From NCBI GenBank assembly GCA_035063585.1, contig JAPSGB010000003.1, positions 64,001 through 128,000 on the forward strand: a stretch of 64,000 bases of DNA. The letters run 5' to 3'. Below are positions 9,053 through 20,921 of this stretch, one piece after another. Made by a program: the position numbers and the translations under genes. Numbering within the stretch: the first letter of the stretch is position 1; the number at the start of each line of letters is the position of its first letter. This DNA is from Polyangiaceae bacterium. GTDB lineage: Bacteria > Myxococcota_A > Polyangia > Polyangiales > Polyangiaceae. The notes below the pieces were generated by a model. The model searched no databases, had not been told where the DNA came from, and was given only the letters and a program-made list of their open reading frames with translations.

Positions 9053-10237
9053 ATGCCTCGCGTCTACCTGAAGCCCGGACACGTCCAGCCGGTGTGGGCC
9101 GGCCACCCGTGGATCTACGCGCAGGCGGTGGCGCGCGTGGAGGGCGGGGCGCAGCCGGGCGAGGAGGTCGAGGTGGTCGACGCGCGCGGCAACCTGCTCG
9201 GCGTCGGGCTCTACTCGCCGCGCTCGGCGATCCCGGTCCGGCTCTACGCGCGGGAGTCGGGCGCGCGCCTCGACGCGGCGCTCATCGCCGCGCGGATCCG
9301 CCGCGCCATCGAGCGGCGCCGCGCGCTCGCGCTACCCCGAGACGACACCGACGCGTTCCGCCTGCTCCACGCCGAGGGCGACGACCTGCCGGGGCTCATC
9401 GTGGATCGATACGCGGACGCGCTGGTCGTGCAATTCGGCACCGTCGGCATGAAGCGGCGCGACGGCGCCGTATTCGACGCGCTCACCCGCGAGCTCGCGC
9501 CTCGCGCGATCATCGATCGCACCTCGCCGCGGGTCGCGGAGCGGGAGGGCTTCGACGCGTCGAGCGGGGTGGTGCGCGGCGCGCTCGACGCGCTCGAGTT
9601 CGTCGAGCGCGGGCTCCGCTATCGGGTCCCGCTCGAGCTCGGACAGAAGACCGGATTTTACCTCGACCAGCGCCCGCTCCGCGCGCGCGTCGAGGAGCTC
9701 GCGCGCGGCCGGCGCGTGCTCGACACGTTCACCTACATCGGCGCGCTCGCCATGGCCGCGGCGCGCGGCGGCGCGGTCGAGGTGGAGGCGGTCGACGCGA
9801 GCGCTCCGGCGCTCGGGGTCGCCGTCGACTGCGCCGCGCGGAACGGGCTCTCCGGCAAGATCCGCTTCGAGCCCGGAGACGCGCACGAGGCGCTCGCGCG
9901 GGTCGGGCGGCGGGGCGGCGTGGAGCTCGTCATCGTCGATCCGCCCAAGCTGGCGCCGACCCGCGCTGCGCGCGCTCGCGCGGCGGGCGCCATGCGGCGG
10001 CTCGCCCGAGAGGGGTGCCGCGCGACGCGCCCCGGCGGCTTGCTCGTGCTCTGCTCGTGCTCGGCTGCGGTCGGCCTCGACGAGCTCACGCGCGCGCTCG
10101 CGCTCGGCGGCCGCGACGCCGGCACGCGCCCGGTGGTCCTCGAGCGACATTTCCAAGGGCCCGATCATCCGGTCCCGGCGGCGTTTCCGGAGGGCCTCTA
10201 CCTCACGAGCCTGATCGCCGAGGTCGCGCCGCTCTAG
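9053..10237 (+). CDS. rlmI: PUA-domain class I SAM-dependent rRNA methyltransferase (RlmI-like)
   Basis: GHPWIY, EGDDLPGLIVDRY, GQKTGFYLDQR, IVDPP, CSCS, DHPV...PEGLYL. Confidence 0.85.
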   Translation: MPRVYLKPGHVQPVWAGHPWIYAQAVARVEGGAQPGEEVEVVDARGNLLGVGLYSPRSAIPVRLYARESGARLDAALIAARIRRAIERRRALALPRDDTDAFRLLHAEGDDLPGLIVDRYADALVVQFGTVGMKRRDGAVFDALTRELAPRAIIDRTSPRVAEREGFDASSGVVRGALDALEFVERGLRYRVPLELGQKTGFYLDQRPLRARVEELARGRRVLDTFTYIGALAMAAARGGAVEVEAVDASAPALGVAVDCAARNGLSGKIRFEPGDAHEALARVGRRGGVELVIVDPPKLAPTRAARARAAGAMRRLAREGCRATRPGGLLVLCSCSAAVGLDELTRALALGGRDAGTRPVVLERHFQGPDHPVPAAFPEGLYLTSLIAEVAPL

Positions 10238-10271
10238 CGGTGTCGCGGCCGCGCGCCGAGGCCCGAATGAA

Positions 10272-10303
10272 GACGGGCGATCTCCCGGAGGAGATCGCCC
10301 GTC
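10272..10303 (-). terminator. Intrinsic terminator-like hairpin
   Basis: Perfect 14-bp stem GACGGGCGATCTCC/GGAGATCGCCCGTC with a 4-nt loop between convergent genes; T-rich tail on the minus strand. Confidence 0.7.
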
Positions 10304-10323
10304 GGCGTCGCGGCCGCGAAGGC

Positions 10324-11226
10324 TCAGTCATCGTATCCGGGCGGGGCCGCGAAGCGACCCGGGAAGGGGTCGGCGCTCCGCCGCCGCTCGACCTCGTCGC
10401 TCGTCCACGGGAGCCGCGTGCCCTCCTCGACGAAGCAGGCGACCCCGATCACCCCCACGTTGCGATCGTCGCCCTTCTGGGCCGCGTACGAGCCGCGGAC
10501 CGAGCCGAACCGAAACGCCGCGACCTCGTCCAGGCTCCGGCGGAAGCCCTCGATCGACACGCTCCCGTAGGGCGCGATGATATAGCCGCGCTTCTCGAAC
10601 GAGCCCGGCTGCCCGTCGATGACGTCGAGCCCATCGACGGTCGTCACCGCCTCGATGCGGCTCCGCGTGTTGTTGCGGATCTCGATGAGATAGCGGTCAC
10701 CGGCCTCGCCGACCGCGTAGGTGCGCCCGCCGCTCCGCGCGCCGCGGAGCGGGCGACCGCTCGCGTCGAGCAGGCGCACGCTGAGGGCGCCGCCGGCGAT
10801 TCGCACCGTACCGTCGTCGAGCTCCGAGAACCCGCTCTGGCGCGCCATCGCCCGCACTCCCTCCGCGTCGTTGTAGTAGAGCGCAGCCACCGCGTCCGGC
10901 GCGTCCGGGTTCATGCGGAAGAAGCTCGACGTCGACACGCGGCTGTCGCGCGTCTCGCCCCAGCTCGTGCCGAGTCCCGGGCGCTCTTCCCGAGGCCCGA
11001 CCGCCTCACCCTCGTACGCGCCGTCGGCGGAGCTCGGGGCGGAGGCTTGCGCGGATGGCGTGGCCTGACCGCGGCCGGCGGAGCTGCTCGAATCGCTCGC
11101 CGCGTACCCGGCCGGCGAAGGGCTCGCGCCGTACGAGACGGGCGCGGCGCCAGGTCGGCTCGTGCCCCCGCAGGCGGCGAAGAACAAGGTCGCGAGAATC
11201 AAGAGCCAGCGCTCGAAGTGCTTCAT
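10324..11226 (-). CDS. Hypothetical lipoprotein with a globular uncharacterised domain
   Basis: MKHFERW...FFAAC lipobox; GGAGG SD; low-complexity linker followed by GDRYLIEIRN...VDGLDVIDG...IEGFR...NVGVIG. Confidence 0.75.
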   Translation of the reverse strand: MKHFERWLLILATLFFAACGGTSRPGAAPVSYGASPSPAGYAASDSSSSAGRGQATPSAQASAPSSADGAYEGEAVGPREERPGLGTSWGETRDSRVSTSSFFRMNPDAPDAVAALYYNDAEGVRAMARQSGFSELDDGTVRIAGGALSVRLLDASGRPLRGARSGGRTYAVGEAGDRYLIEIRNNTRSRIEAVTTVDGLDVIDGQPGSFEKRGYIIAPYGSVSIEGFRRSLDEVAAFRFGSVRGSYAAQKGDDRNVGVIGVACFVEEGTRLPWTSDEVERRRSADPFPGRFAAPPGYDD

Positions 11227-11425
11227 GGTTCGTCCTCCGTTCGGTCCCACGGGAGGGGAACGGTCCCGCCGCGCGCGCCTTACAGCGCCCAGAGCCGGCC
11301 AGCTCGTCGGGCGTCGATTACCAGTCGACTGACAAATATCTAATGGTTTCGCGCTCGACGGCGTCTCCGGCCATCCGGCGAGGTGAGCACCCGCTGAATT
11401 CTCCGGGATCACTGTTACTCGACGC

Positions 11426-11466
11426 TTGCGCTTCGCCCTCCCATCATTCATTATCGGTCGAATGAT
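11426..11466 (+). promoter_or_regulatory. Sigma70 promoter with overlapping inverted repeat (candidate TetR operator)
   Basis: TTGCGC-17-CATTAT lies 7 nt before ATG 11462; the inverted repeat ATCATTC-N10-GAATGAT (11443-11466) spans the -10 and the start codon. Confidence 0.55.
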
Positions 11467-12456
11467 AAAGAAATGGCGCGCCGGAGCATGGGTCGCGGTC
11501 TCACTGGCGCTGGCGGCCTGCGAGCAGTCGGCAGAGCCTCCTCCCGGCTACCAGGGACTCGTGGAGTTCGACGAGCGGGTGCTCGCCTTCGAGATGGGCG
11601 GGCGTATCGAGTCGCTGACCGCGACGCGCGGTCAGCCGCTCGCCGTAAATGAGGTCATCGCCTCGCTCGACGATGGCATGGAGCGAACCGCGCGCTCCGC
11701 GCGCGCGGAGGATGCCGACGCCATGCACGCGCAGGTCGCGCTCCTCGAGGCGGGCGCACGCCGCCAAGACCTCCGCGCGCTCTCCGCGCAGATCCGCGCT
11801 GCGCGAGCCAGCGAGGCGCTGCTAGAGAAGAACCTCGAGCGCGAACGCGCGCTCAAGGAGCAGGGCGTCTCGACCGGCGCGGCGGTAGACGAGCTCGATG
11901 CGCGCTGGCGAGCCGCGGTCGCCGAGCGCGAGGCGCTCGAGCACCGGCGAAGCGCCCTGGCGAGCGGGGCGCGGCCCGAGGAGCTCGACACCGCCCGGGC
12001 GCGCGCCGGGTCGGCGGACCAGGCCGTGAAGCTCGCCGACGAGCGGCTCGAGCGCTACTCGCTCCGCGCGCGCCATCCGGGGACCGTGCTCGACGTCCAC
12101 GTCGAGGCAGGCGAGGTCGTCGCGCCCGGCGCGCCCATCGTCACCGTGGCGGACATCGCGCACCCCTACGCCGACGTGTTCGTTCCCGAGGGGCGCCTCG
12201 ACGGCGTGAAGGTCGGCGCGAAGGCGTCGCTGCGCGTGGACGCGACGCCGCAGCCCTTCTCGGGTCACGTCGAAGACGTGTCGCGTCGCGCCGAGTTCAC
12301 GCCCCGCTTCGTGTTCAGTGAGCGTGAGCGCCCGAACCTCGTGCTCCGCGTGCGAGTCCGCATCGACGATCCGGAGCACCGGCTCCACGCCGGGGTCCCC
12401 GCCTTCGTGCAGCTCGCGCCGGCGACCGGCGCGCAGTCTGAGCTAGCAGGCGCAAA

Positions 12457-12460
<4 letters not shown>
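11462..12460 (+). CDS. HlyD-family periplasmic adaptor (YbhG-like)
   Basis: Lipobox LAAC; coiled-coil hairpin; GEVVAPGAPI; AEFTP motif. Confidence 0.88.
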
Positions 12461-13427
<967 letters not shown>

Positions 13428-13431
<4 letters not shown>

Positions 13432-14555
13432 GCCTGCGTGTCCTGGTCATCGCCTGGAAGGAGCTCCTCCAGCTCCGGCGGGATCGCCTCACCCTGTCGA
13501 TGATGGTGTTGCTCCCGCTCATCCAGCTCCTCCTCTTCGGCTACGCGATCAACAACGACGTTCGTCACGTCCCGACCGTCGTGTTCGACCAAGATCGCAG
13601 CGCCGAGTCGCGCGACCTCTGGCGCAGCATGGAGATCACTACCTTCTATGACGTGCTCGGCGAGGTGCGGAGCTACGACGAGATCGCGCGCGCCCTCCGC
13701 TCGGGAAAGGCCAAGGCCGCGCTGGTCGTCTCGCCGGATTACGCCTCGAACCTCCGGCGTGGCCGGACCGCAACCGTGCAGCTCGTGGTGGACGGCACCG
13801 ATCCGCAGTCGGTCGCGAGCGCGACGAGCACGCTCGCCTCGCTGGTGAGCGCGCGGTCGGCGAGGCTCTCCACCGCGCGGCTCGAGGCGAAGGGGGGTGT
13901 CACCGGGACGACGCCGATCGAGCTCCGCGAGAACACCTGGTATAATCCCGACCTCCGCACCGCGGTCTACATCGTCCCCGGGATCGTCGGGGTGATCCTG
14001 ACCATGACCATGGTGATGCTCACCTCGATGGCCATCGCGCGTGAGCGCGAGCGGGGGACGCTCGAGCAGCTCATCGTCTCACCCGTGAAGCAGCTCGAGC
14101 TGGTCATCGGGAAAATAGCCCCGTACGTCGTCATCGGCTATGTCCAGATGACGCTCATCCTCCTGGTCGGGCAGGTCGTGTTCTCGGTGCCCTTCGTCGG
14201 CTCGCCGCTCTTGCTCTACGGGCTCGCGTTCTTGTTCATCTCGGCGAACCTCGCGCTCGGGCTCTTCTTCTCTACGCTCGCGAAGACGCAGCAGCAGGCG
14301 ATGCAGATGTCGTTCTTCTTCCTCCTGCCGAACGTGCTCCTCAGCGGATTCGCGTTCCCCTTCGAGGGGATGCCCCGCTTCGCCCAGTATATCGCGCAGC
14401 TCCTCCCGCTCACCCACTTCCTCCGTATCCTCCGCGGCATCGTGCTCAAGGGGGCCGACTTCCGCGACCTCGCCCCGGAGCTCCTCTGGCTCGTCGCGCT
14501 GCTGGTCGCGTGGGTGCTCCTCAGTTCGCTTCGCTTCTCGAAGAAACTCGAATAG
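13428..14555 (+). CDS. ABC-2 type permease (YbhS/YbhR-like)
   Basis: [34 protein letters not shown]; multiple TM helices. Confidence 0.92.
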
Positions 14556-14558
14556 CTC

Positions 14559-15176
14559 ATGGCCCGCCCGAAGAGTGACATTCAGTCTCGGATCGTCGAC
14601 GCGGCGCGAACGCGCTTTCTCTCCGATGGCGTCGATGGCGCCTCGCTCCGCCGCATCGCGCGCGGCGCGAAGACCAGCATCGGGATGATCTACTACTACT
14701 ACCCGACCAAGGATGATCTCTTCCTCGCCGTGGTAGAGGAGATCTACGTCGGGCTCCTCGCCGACATGGAAGCGGCGCTCACCGCGGACGCGCCGGTACG
14801 CGAGCGGATCCGGCGCCTCTTCGTGCGGATCGGCTCACTGAGCGAGGTCGAGCTCTCGGTGGTGAAGCTCATCGTGCGCGAGGCCCTGGTCTCGTCCGTG
14901 CGGCTCGAGCGGTTGGCGCTGCGCTTCCAGCGGGGTCACTTGCCGCTCCTGCTCGCGACCATCCGTGACGGATTCGCGAGCGGCGCCATGAACCCGGCGC
15001 TCCACCCGGCGCTCGCGTTCATGGCCATGCTCTCGCTCGGCGTCACGCCGCAGGTCGTACGCCGCCTCGGCGTGAAGCTCCCGTTGCCGGGCGTCCCCGA
15101 GGGTGAGGATTTGTCGAATGATCTGGTCGAGCTCTTGTTCCACGGGATTTCGAACCCGAACCGCTCGGATGCCTAG
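14559..15176 (+). CDS. TetR/AcrR family transcriptional regulator
   Basis: N-terminal HTH: IVDAARTRF..G...ASLRRIA...GMIYYYYPTKDDLF. Confidence 0.92.
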   Translation: MARPKSDIQSRIVDAARTRFLSDGVDGASLRRIARGAKTSIGMIYYYYPTKDDLFLAVVEEIYVGLLADMEAALTADAPVRERIRRLFVRIGSLSEVELSVVKLIVREALVSSVRLERLALRFQRGHLPLLLATIRDGFASGAMNPALHPALAFMAMLSLGVTPQVVRRLGVKLPLPGVPEGEDLSNDLVELLFHGISNPNRSDA

Positions 15177-15194
15177 CCCGCCCTGGAGGATCGC

Positions 15195-16673
15195 ATGCGT
15201 CACCCTCTTCTTGCCCCGCTCTTCATCGCCGCGCTCTTCGCTCCGGCGCGGCTCCACGCCGAGGCCGCCGCGCCCGGTTCCGCGCCGGCTCGACCAGCCC
15301 CTCCCACCATCGAAGACAGCCTCCGCCGCGAGCTCGGCCGCGCGGGTGGGCTCACCAGCGACCAGGTAGCGGCTCGCGCCGCGGTGACCAGCTTCGATGT
15401 TCGCGCGCGAGAGAAGGAGGTGAGCGAGCGGGCGTCCGAGATGGACAAGGCTCTGGTCGGCTGGTTCCCGCGGCTCACCCTCACCGCGCGCTACACGAGG
15501 CTCTCGCCCATCACGGCGACCGGCTTCGGCCCCTCCGACGCGAACCTGGTGGGCACGCCGGCCGGGGAGGGGCCGCTACCGCCGGGCGCGCCGCTCATCG
15601 GCGTCCCGGCGAGCGCGATGTCGTTCCCGGTGATCTTGAACCAGTATGCGCTCCAGGCGGCGCTCGTGGTGCCCGTCTCGGATTATCTCCTCCGCACCAG
15701 CCAGAGCTACGCCGCCGCGTCGCGCTCGCGGCGCGCCGCGGAGCTCAACGCGCGCGCGGCTCGACTCGGCGCGGCGCTCTCGGGACGCGTGGTCTATTAC
15801 GGCTGGGCGCGCGCGGTCTTGCAGCGCATCGTGGCTGAGCGCACGCTCGCGCAGTCGAACGCGCACCTCGACGCGGCCCGCGCCGCCTTCGACGCCGAGC
15901 GCGTGTCCCGCGCGGACGTGCTGCGCGCCGAGTCGCAAGCAGCGAGCAGTGAGCTGTTGGTCGAGCGCGCCGGGAACCTGGTCGAGGTCGCGACCGAGCA
16001 GCTTCGCACCGTGATGCACGATGAGTCCGGACGCCGCTACGAGATCGGTGAGGCTCTCCTCGAGCCGATGCCTCGGCTCCGGGCCGGCGAGTTCCCGCGG
16101 CTCTACCAGGAGGCGCTCGCGAAGCGCCTCGAGATCCGCGCGCTCGACGAGACGGCGTGGTCGCTTCGCGAGCAGCGACGCGCGGTGAGCGCCGGGAACT
16201 ACCCGCGCCTCGACGCCTTCGCCGACGCCGCCTACGCGAACCCGAACCAGCGCTACGTCCCGCAGGAGGAGCGCTGGCGCGCGACCTGGGACGTCGGGCT
16301 CCAGGTCACCTGGACGCCGAACGAGCTCGGCACCTCGCGCGCCGCCGCGAGCGCGCTCGACGCGCAGGTGAGCCGGCTCGAGGCCGAGAAGGCGGCGCTC
16401 CGGGACGCGCTGCGGTCCGAGGTGATGCAGTCGTATCAGGACGTACGGAGCGCGCAGGTCGCGGTCGACACCACGCGGCGGGGCCTCGACGCCGCCGAGG
16501 AGGGCTACCGCGTGCGCGCCGAGCAGTACAAGTACGGTCGCGCGACCAACCTCGAGCTCATCGACGCCGAGGCCGAGCTCTTGCGCGCGCGCCTCGAGCT
16601 CATCGGCGCGCATCTCGAGCTCCGGATCGCGCGCGCCAAGCTCGAGCACGCAGTGGGCCGTGACGTGAAATAG
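15195..16673 (+). CDS. TolC-family outer-membrane efflux protein
   Basis: Signal peptide; duplicated WFPRL/YPRL motifs; C-terminal YKYGRATNLELIDAE. Confidence 0.88.
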   Translation: MRHPLLAPLFIAALFAPARLHAEAAAPGSAPARPAPPTIEDSLRRELGRAGGLTSDQVAARAAVTSFDVRAREKEVSERASEMDKALVGWFPRLTLTARYTRLSPITATGFGPSDANLVGTPAGEGPLPPGAPLIGVPASAMSFPVILNQYALQAALVVPVSDYLLRTSQSYAAASRSRRAAELNARAARLGAALSGRVVYYGWARAVLQRIVAERTLAQSNAHLDAARAAFDAERVSRADVLRAESQAASSELLVERAGNLVEVATEQLRTVMHDESGRRYEIGEALLEPMPRLRAGEFPRLYQEALAKRLEIRALDETAWSLREQRRAVSAGNYPRLDAFADAAYANPNQRYVPQEERWRATWDVGLQVTWTPNELGTSRAAASALDAQVSRLEAEKAALRDALRSEVMQSYQDVRSAQVAVDTTRRGLDAAEEGYRVRAEQYKYGRATNLELIDAEAELLRARLELIGAHLELRIARAKLEHAVGRDVK

Positions 16674-17720
16674 CTACCCGGCGCCGACGCGCGCGAGCCA
16701 CGCGCGCAGGATCCGTCGCCCCTCGTCGAGCGCGGGGAGCAGCGTCCACTCGTTGCGCTGGTGCGCCTGTGCCTGCGTGCCCGGGCCGAAATTCACCGCC
16801 GGGATCCCGAGCGCCGCGAAGCGCGCGACGTCCGTCCAGCCCGTCTTCGGCTCGACCGCGAGGGCCCCGCTCTCGACCAGCGCCTGGACCAGCGGGTGAG
16901 CGCGAAACGGTGGCGCGGGCGGCGCGAGATCGACCACCTCGACCTCGGCGTCGTCACCCACCAGCTCGCGCACCACGCGCTCGGCCTCGGCCGGCGACAG
17001 ATCGGGGCCGAAGCGGTGGTTCAGGTTGAGCTCGAAGAGGTCGGGCACCACGTTCTTGGCGCGCCCTCCGCTCGCCAGCGTCGCGCTGACGACCCGCTTC
17101 CACTCGAGGCCGTCGATCCTACTCGAGCTCGGCTCGAGCGCGCCGAGCCGCGCGAGCAGCGGCGCCGCCTTGTGGATGGCGTTCTCGCCTTGCCACGGGC
17201 GCGCGCTGTGCGCGGTGCGCCCGTGGAAGCTCACCTTCGCGTGGAGCGAGCCGCCGCACCCGAGCTGGAGCTTGTTGTCGCTCGGCTCGAGCGCGACCGC
17301 GACGTCCACCTGCGCGAGCTCGGGATCCGCAGCGAGCACCGGCCCGAGCTCGTTCTCGTCGAACGGCCCCTCCTCGCGCGCGTAGAAGACCAGCGTGAGG
17401 TCGCTGCCGTCGGGCGGAGCTTCGGCGACGTCCAGCATCAGCGCGAGCCCGCTCTTCATGTCAGCCGCGCCGGCGCCGTAGAGGCGCTCACCCTCGATGC
17501 GCGGCGGCGCGTCGTGGACGGTGCGTACGGTGTCGAGGTGGCCGGCGAGCGCGACCTTCGGCCCGCCGCTCCCGCGCCGAACCGGCACCACCAGCGAGTT
17601 GCCGTAGCGGCGTAGGGGATAGCGCGCGAGCCGCGCCGCGATCGTGTCGCAGAGCTCACCCTCCTCGCCGATGGGGGAGGCGATGCGGCAGAGGGAGAGG
17701 AGCGTCTCGGCGAGGTTCAT
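16674..17720 (-). CDS. dapE: Succinyl-diaminopimelate desuccinylase (M20 family)
   Basis: GHLDTV, GAADMKSG, REEG, HSARPWQGENAI, WTDVARF, NFGPG...AH; adjacent to dapD. Confidence 0.88.
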   Translation of the reverse strand: MNLAETLLSLCRIASPIGEEGELCDTIAARLARYPLRRYGNSLVVPVRRGSGGPKVALAGHLDTVRTVHDAPPRIEGERLYGAGAADMKSGLALMLDVAEAPPDGSDLTLVFYAREEGPFDENELGPVLAADPELAQVDVAVALEPSDNKLQLGCGGSLHAKVSFHGRTAHSARPWQGENAIHKAAPLLARLGALEPSSSRIDGLEWKRVVSATLASGGRAKNVVPDLFELNLNHRFGPDLSPAEAERVVRELVGDDAEVEVVDLAPPAPPFRAHPLVQALVESGALAVEPKTGWTDVARFAALGIPAVNFGPGTQAQAHQRNEWTLLPALDEGRRILRAWLARVGAG

Positions 17721-17784
17721 CGCGGGGATGATAGACAAGTTCCGGGAGGGATGGCGGCTCGGCGCGGCCGGCGGCGCGCTCGCG

Positions 17785-18612
17785 CTAGACGGCCACGCCG
17801 AAGTCGCGGAGCGCAGCGTTGAGGCTCGTCTTCTTGTCGGTACTCTCCTTGCGCTCGCCGATGATGAGCGCACAGGGGACGCCGTACTCTCCGGCCGGGA
17901 AGCGCTTCGGCCGCGTCCCGCTGATGACCACGCTGCGCGCGGGCACGCGGCCCCGATACTCGACGGGCTCGCTCCCGGTGACGTCGATGATGGGCGTCGA
18001 GGAGGTGAGGATGACGCCGGCGCCGATCACCGCCTCGCGCTCGACGAGCACTCCCTCTACCACGATGGCGCGTGAGCCGATGAAGCAGCCGTCTTCGATG
18101 ATGACCGGACGCGCGCCGACCGGCTCGAGCACGCCGCCGATGCCGACCCCGCCCGAGAGGTGCACGTGCTGGCCGATCTGCGCGCACGAGCCAACCGTCG
18201 CCCAGGTGTCCACCATGGTCCCCGCGCCGACTCGCGCGCCGATGTTGACGTAGCCCGGCATGACCACGACGCCTCGCTCGAGGTGCGCGCCGTAGCGCAC
18301 CGCTCCCGGCGGGACCACCCGCACGCCCGCCTCGGCGAGGCCGCGCTTCAGCGGGATCTTGTCGTGGAATTCGAGCGGGCCCGCCTCCAGGACTTCCATC
18401 TGCATCACGCCGAAGTAGAGGAGCACGGCCTCCTTCACCCAGGCGTGTGTGGTCCAGCTCCCCGGCGCGTCTTGCGACGCCACCCGGAGCTCACCGCGAT
18501 CGAGCCGCGCGATCGCCTCGAGCACGGCCGCCGCGTGTTCGGCGTGCCCGAGCAACGCGCGATCTTCGAACGCCGCCGTGATGGCGCGCTCCAGCTCTTC
18601 GTGCGTCATCAC
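17785..18612 (-). CDS. dapD: Tetrahydrodipicolinate N-succinyltransferase
   Basis: DKIPLK, RVVPPG, VNIGA, DTWATVGSCAQIG, HLSGGVGIGGVLEP, KTSLN. Confidence 0.96.
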   Translation of the reverse strand: MMTHEELERAITAAFEDRALLGHAEHAAAVLEAIARLDRGELRVASQDAPGSWTTHAWVKEAVLLYFGVMQMEVLEAGPLEFHDKIPLKRGLAEAGVRVVPPGAVRYGAHLERGVVVMPGYVNIGARVGAGTMVDTWATVGSCAQIGQHVHLSGGVGIGGVLEPVGARPVIIEDGCFIGSRAIVVEGVLVEREAVIGAGVILTSSTPIIDVTGSEPVEYRGRVPARSVVISGTRPKRFPAGEYGVPCALIIGERKESTDKKTSLNAALRDFGVAV

Positions 18613-18905
18613 GGCTCAATAGCGAGGGCGGAGGAGGGTCGCAAGGGCGAAGGCTCGCCTCCCGCTTCGGCCAGAAGCGGGCGGCATCGACTCGGTCGTC
18701 TCGCTGAGCGTCGTCGACGCACGGTGCGGCTCGCGACGAAGCGCGGCAGGCGGCCGTGAGGACGGTGCTCCCTGGTAGGCGGCGAAGACGCGACGGACCG
18801 GACCGCGGGAGGGTGTGCGCGGGGTCGCCAGCGCCGCGGCCGCATCAGCGAGCCGCGTGCCAGTCCGAGCTGGCGCGAGCGCGCCAACCCTGCCAGCCTC
18901 TGCGA

Positions 18906-19778
18906 GTGACGGCTCGCTGCCTCGTGTCGCTCTGGGTGCTGGGCGTCGCGTGCAGTCGAAGCGGAGCCCTCGAAGACGCGGGCGCGGCGGCTTCGACGGC
19001 GTCGGTGCCGGCGCCCGCTGCCGAGGCAGGCGCGCCGGCGGCGCCCGCCGGGCGGGTGCCGGTGGATTCGCCCGCGCTGGTGGGCACCTTGGTCGAGAAC
19101 GAGCGCTACAGCGTGACGCACCCCTCGGAGTACTGCCTGGACGACGGCTTCGTGTACGCGGGCGCGCCGGCGCGCGTCGGCACGCTGAACGTGTTCACCA
19201 CGGCCGCCGTGGCCCCGCTCGACGGCACCACGGTGCTCGCCCGCGGCACCCGCGAGCCGTCGCTTCTGGCTGCGCTCGAGCAGCGAGGCGCGTGCGCCGC
19301 GGATTATGGCGACGAGCGGCGCGAGATGCCGCAGATGCGCGGCGACTGGGTGAGCCCCGAGGGGGGCTTCCGCACGACCCGCCGGAAGCTGGAAGGGCTC
19401 GCGGGCTTCCGCGCTCGCAGCGTGACCGCGCTCCACCTGGGAGGCGAGATCTCACGAGACGGCGACACGGTGGTCGTCGAGCTCGTCAACCCGTTTGCGG
19501 CGTCCCTCGACGCGATTGGCGCCTTCGCGCGCTACGAGGGGGGACCGGGCAAGCCCATGCCGCTCCGCGAGCGGCTCACGCTCTCGTTGCCACCCGGAGG
19601 CCGGCAGCGCCTCGAGCTCTCGACCGAGATCGAGGCCGGGTCCGCGGGCGCAGCCACGAGCGCGGCCCGCGGCCGCTACCAGCTCGATTCCGTCGAGCTC
19701 ACCGGACGTGTCGGCCAGGTCGAGCTCGACGTTCGCATCGGCGTCGGCTCGAGGCGGCGGCAGGGGGGCGCGCGGTGA
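18906..19778 (+). CDS. Hypothetical lipoprotein
   Basis: Probable GTG start at 18906, lipobox LGVAC, Ala/Pro linker, globular C-terminal region. Confidence 0.6.
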   Translation: MTARCLVSLWVLGVACSRSGALEDAGAAASTASVPAPAAEAGAPAAPAGRVPVDSPALVGTLVENERYSVTHPSEYCLDDGFVYAGAPARVGTLNVFTTAAVAPLDGTTVLARGTREPSLLAALEQRGACAADYGDERREMPQMRGDWVSPEGGFRTTRRKLEGLAGFRARSVTALHLGGEISRDGDTVVVELVNPFAASLDAIGAFARYEGGPGKPMPLRERLTLSLPPGGRQRLELSTEIEAGSAGAATSAARGRYQLDSVELTGRVGQVELDVRIGVGSRRRQGGAR

Positions 19779-19946
19779 GTGTCTCGTCGAGCTCCCGGGC
19801 GCGCGCCATCGGGCGCACGCTCACCGGCGCGGCTCTCGAGCGCCTCACTGCTCCTTGGTCACGCGACCGATCGTGCCGTGCCCCGTGCCGTCGGCTTGGG
19901 AGTGGGCGCCGGCGTGGTGGTCCGGGTTCGCTAGCGCACGCGTAAG

Positions 19947-20921
19947 ATGCTCCGCGGCCGGCCCGTTATTCCCGAAGCCTTGGGAGTCACACGCCCTCTC
20001 CACTCGATCGGCGGCGAGCTGTGTCGTCCGGCGCCGCTGGCCGCGCTCGCGGTGCTGGCGTTCAACGACCACGTGCTGAAAGGCGCCGGGCCGTTGCCCG
20101 GGGCGCTGACCGGTAAGCTCAGCGACTTCGCGGGTCTGTTCTTGTTCCCGGTGCTGCTCTTCGTGCTCTTGCGGGTGTGCACCTCGAGCTCGCGGCAGCG
20201 ACTCGCGTGGGCCAGCGCGGGGCTCACGGCGCTGGGGTTCGCCGGAGTCAAGACCCACCCGGACATCAACACGCTGGTGTCCGCGATCTGGGGCCCCATG
20301 CTGCTCGATCCAACCGATCTGGTCGCGCTGCCGATGGTGGCCTGGGCGGCGTGCTGGCTGCGGCGTGAGCCGCCCGTCGCGTCTCGGCCGGCGCGCCTCG
20401 TGGCGCTGATGGCCACCTCGCTCGCCTGCGGGGCAACCTCGCGCCCGCCGATGCATCGCGCCTATCCCGAGTGGAGGCTCGAGAGCGTGGGCGCCAGGCA
20501 GCTCGGATGCGCGCGCATCGAGCCGTGGATCTCGAAGTCGGGAAAGGAGGGGTTCGGACTGAGCATCATGGCTCGGACCGCCCAAGCGGGCGATTGCCGC
20601 GTGGAGGTCGTCTCGGCCGAAGCCCAGATCGACGGCGCTCGGTTCGCGGCAGAGCGCACCGTGCCCCTCGAGCTCGGCCACGACGATCGCTTCCTCTACG
20701 TGCCATTCGTCTTCGACAACCAGGCAAAGTGGAACGCCGGCGAGCGCACCGGCACGCTGACGGTGAGCCTGCGCTTCAATGGGCAGGTCATCGAGACCTT
20801 GCGCGTCCCGATGCGGCACGTGTTCGACGCGCCCCACCGTCGTGAGACGGGTCGCGCGCCGCTCGAGCCGGCTCGCCCACCGCTGGTGATGGCCGAGCCC
20901 GACGCCGGAGGTGGTCCGTGA
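19947..20921 (+). CDS. Hypothetical membrane protein (NDH.LK/GKLSDFAG domain) with C-terminal soluble domain
   Basis: Several TM helices with NDHVLK, LTGKLSDFAGLFLFP, DPTDLVAL; start codon uncertain. Confidence 0.65.
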   Translation: MLRGRPVIPEALGVTRPLHSIGGELCRPAPLAALAVLAFNDHVLKGAGPLPGALTGKLSDFAGLFLFPVLLFVLLRVCTSSSRQRLAWASAGLTALGFAGVKTHPDINTLVSAIWGPMLLDPTDLVALPMVAWAACWLRREPPVASRPARLVALMATSLACGATSRPPMHRAYPEWRLESVGARQLGCARIEPWISKSGKEGFGLSIMARTAQAGDCRVEVVSAEAQIDGARFAAERTVPLELGHDDRFLYVPFVFDNQAKWNAGERTGTLTVSLRFNGQVIETLRVPMRHVFDAPHRRETGRAPLEPARPPLVMAEPDAGGGP

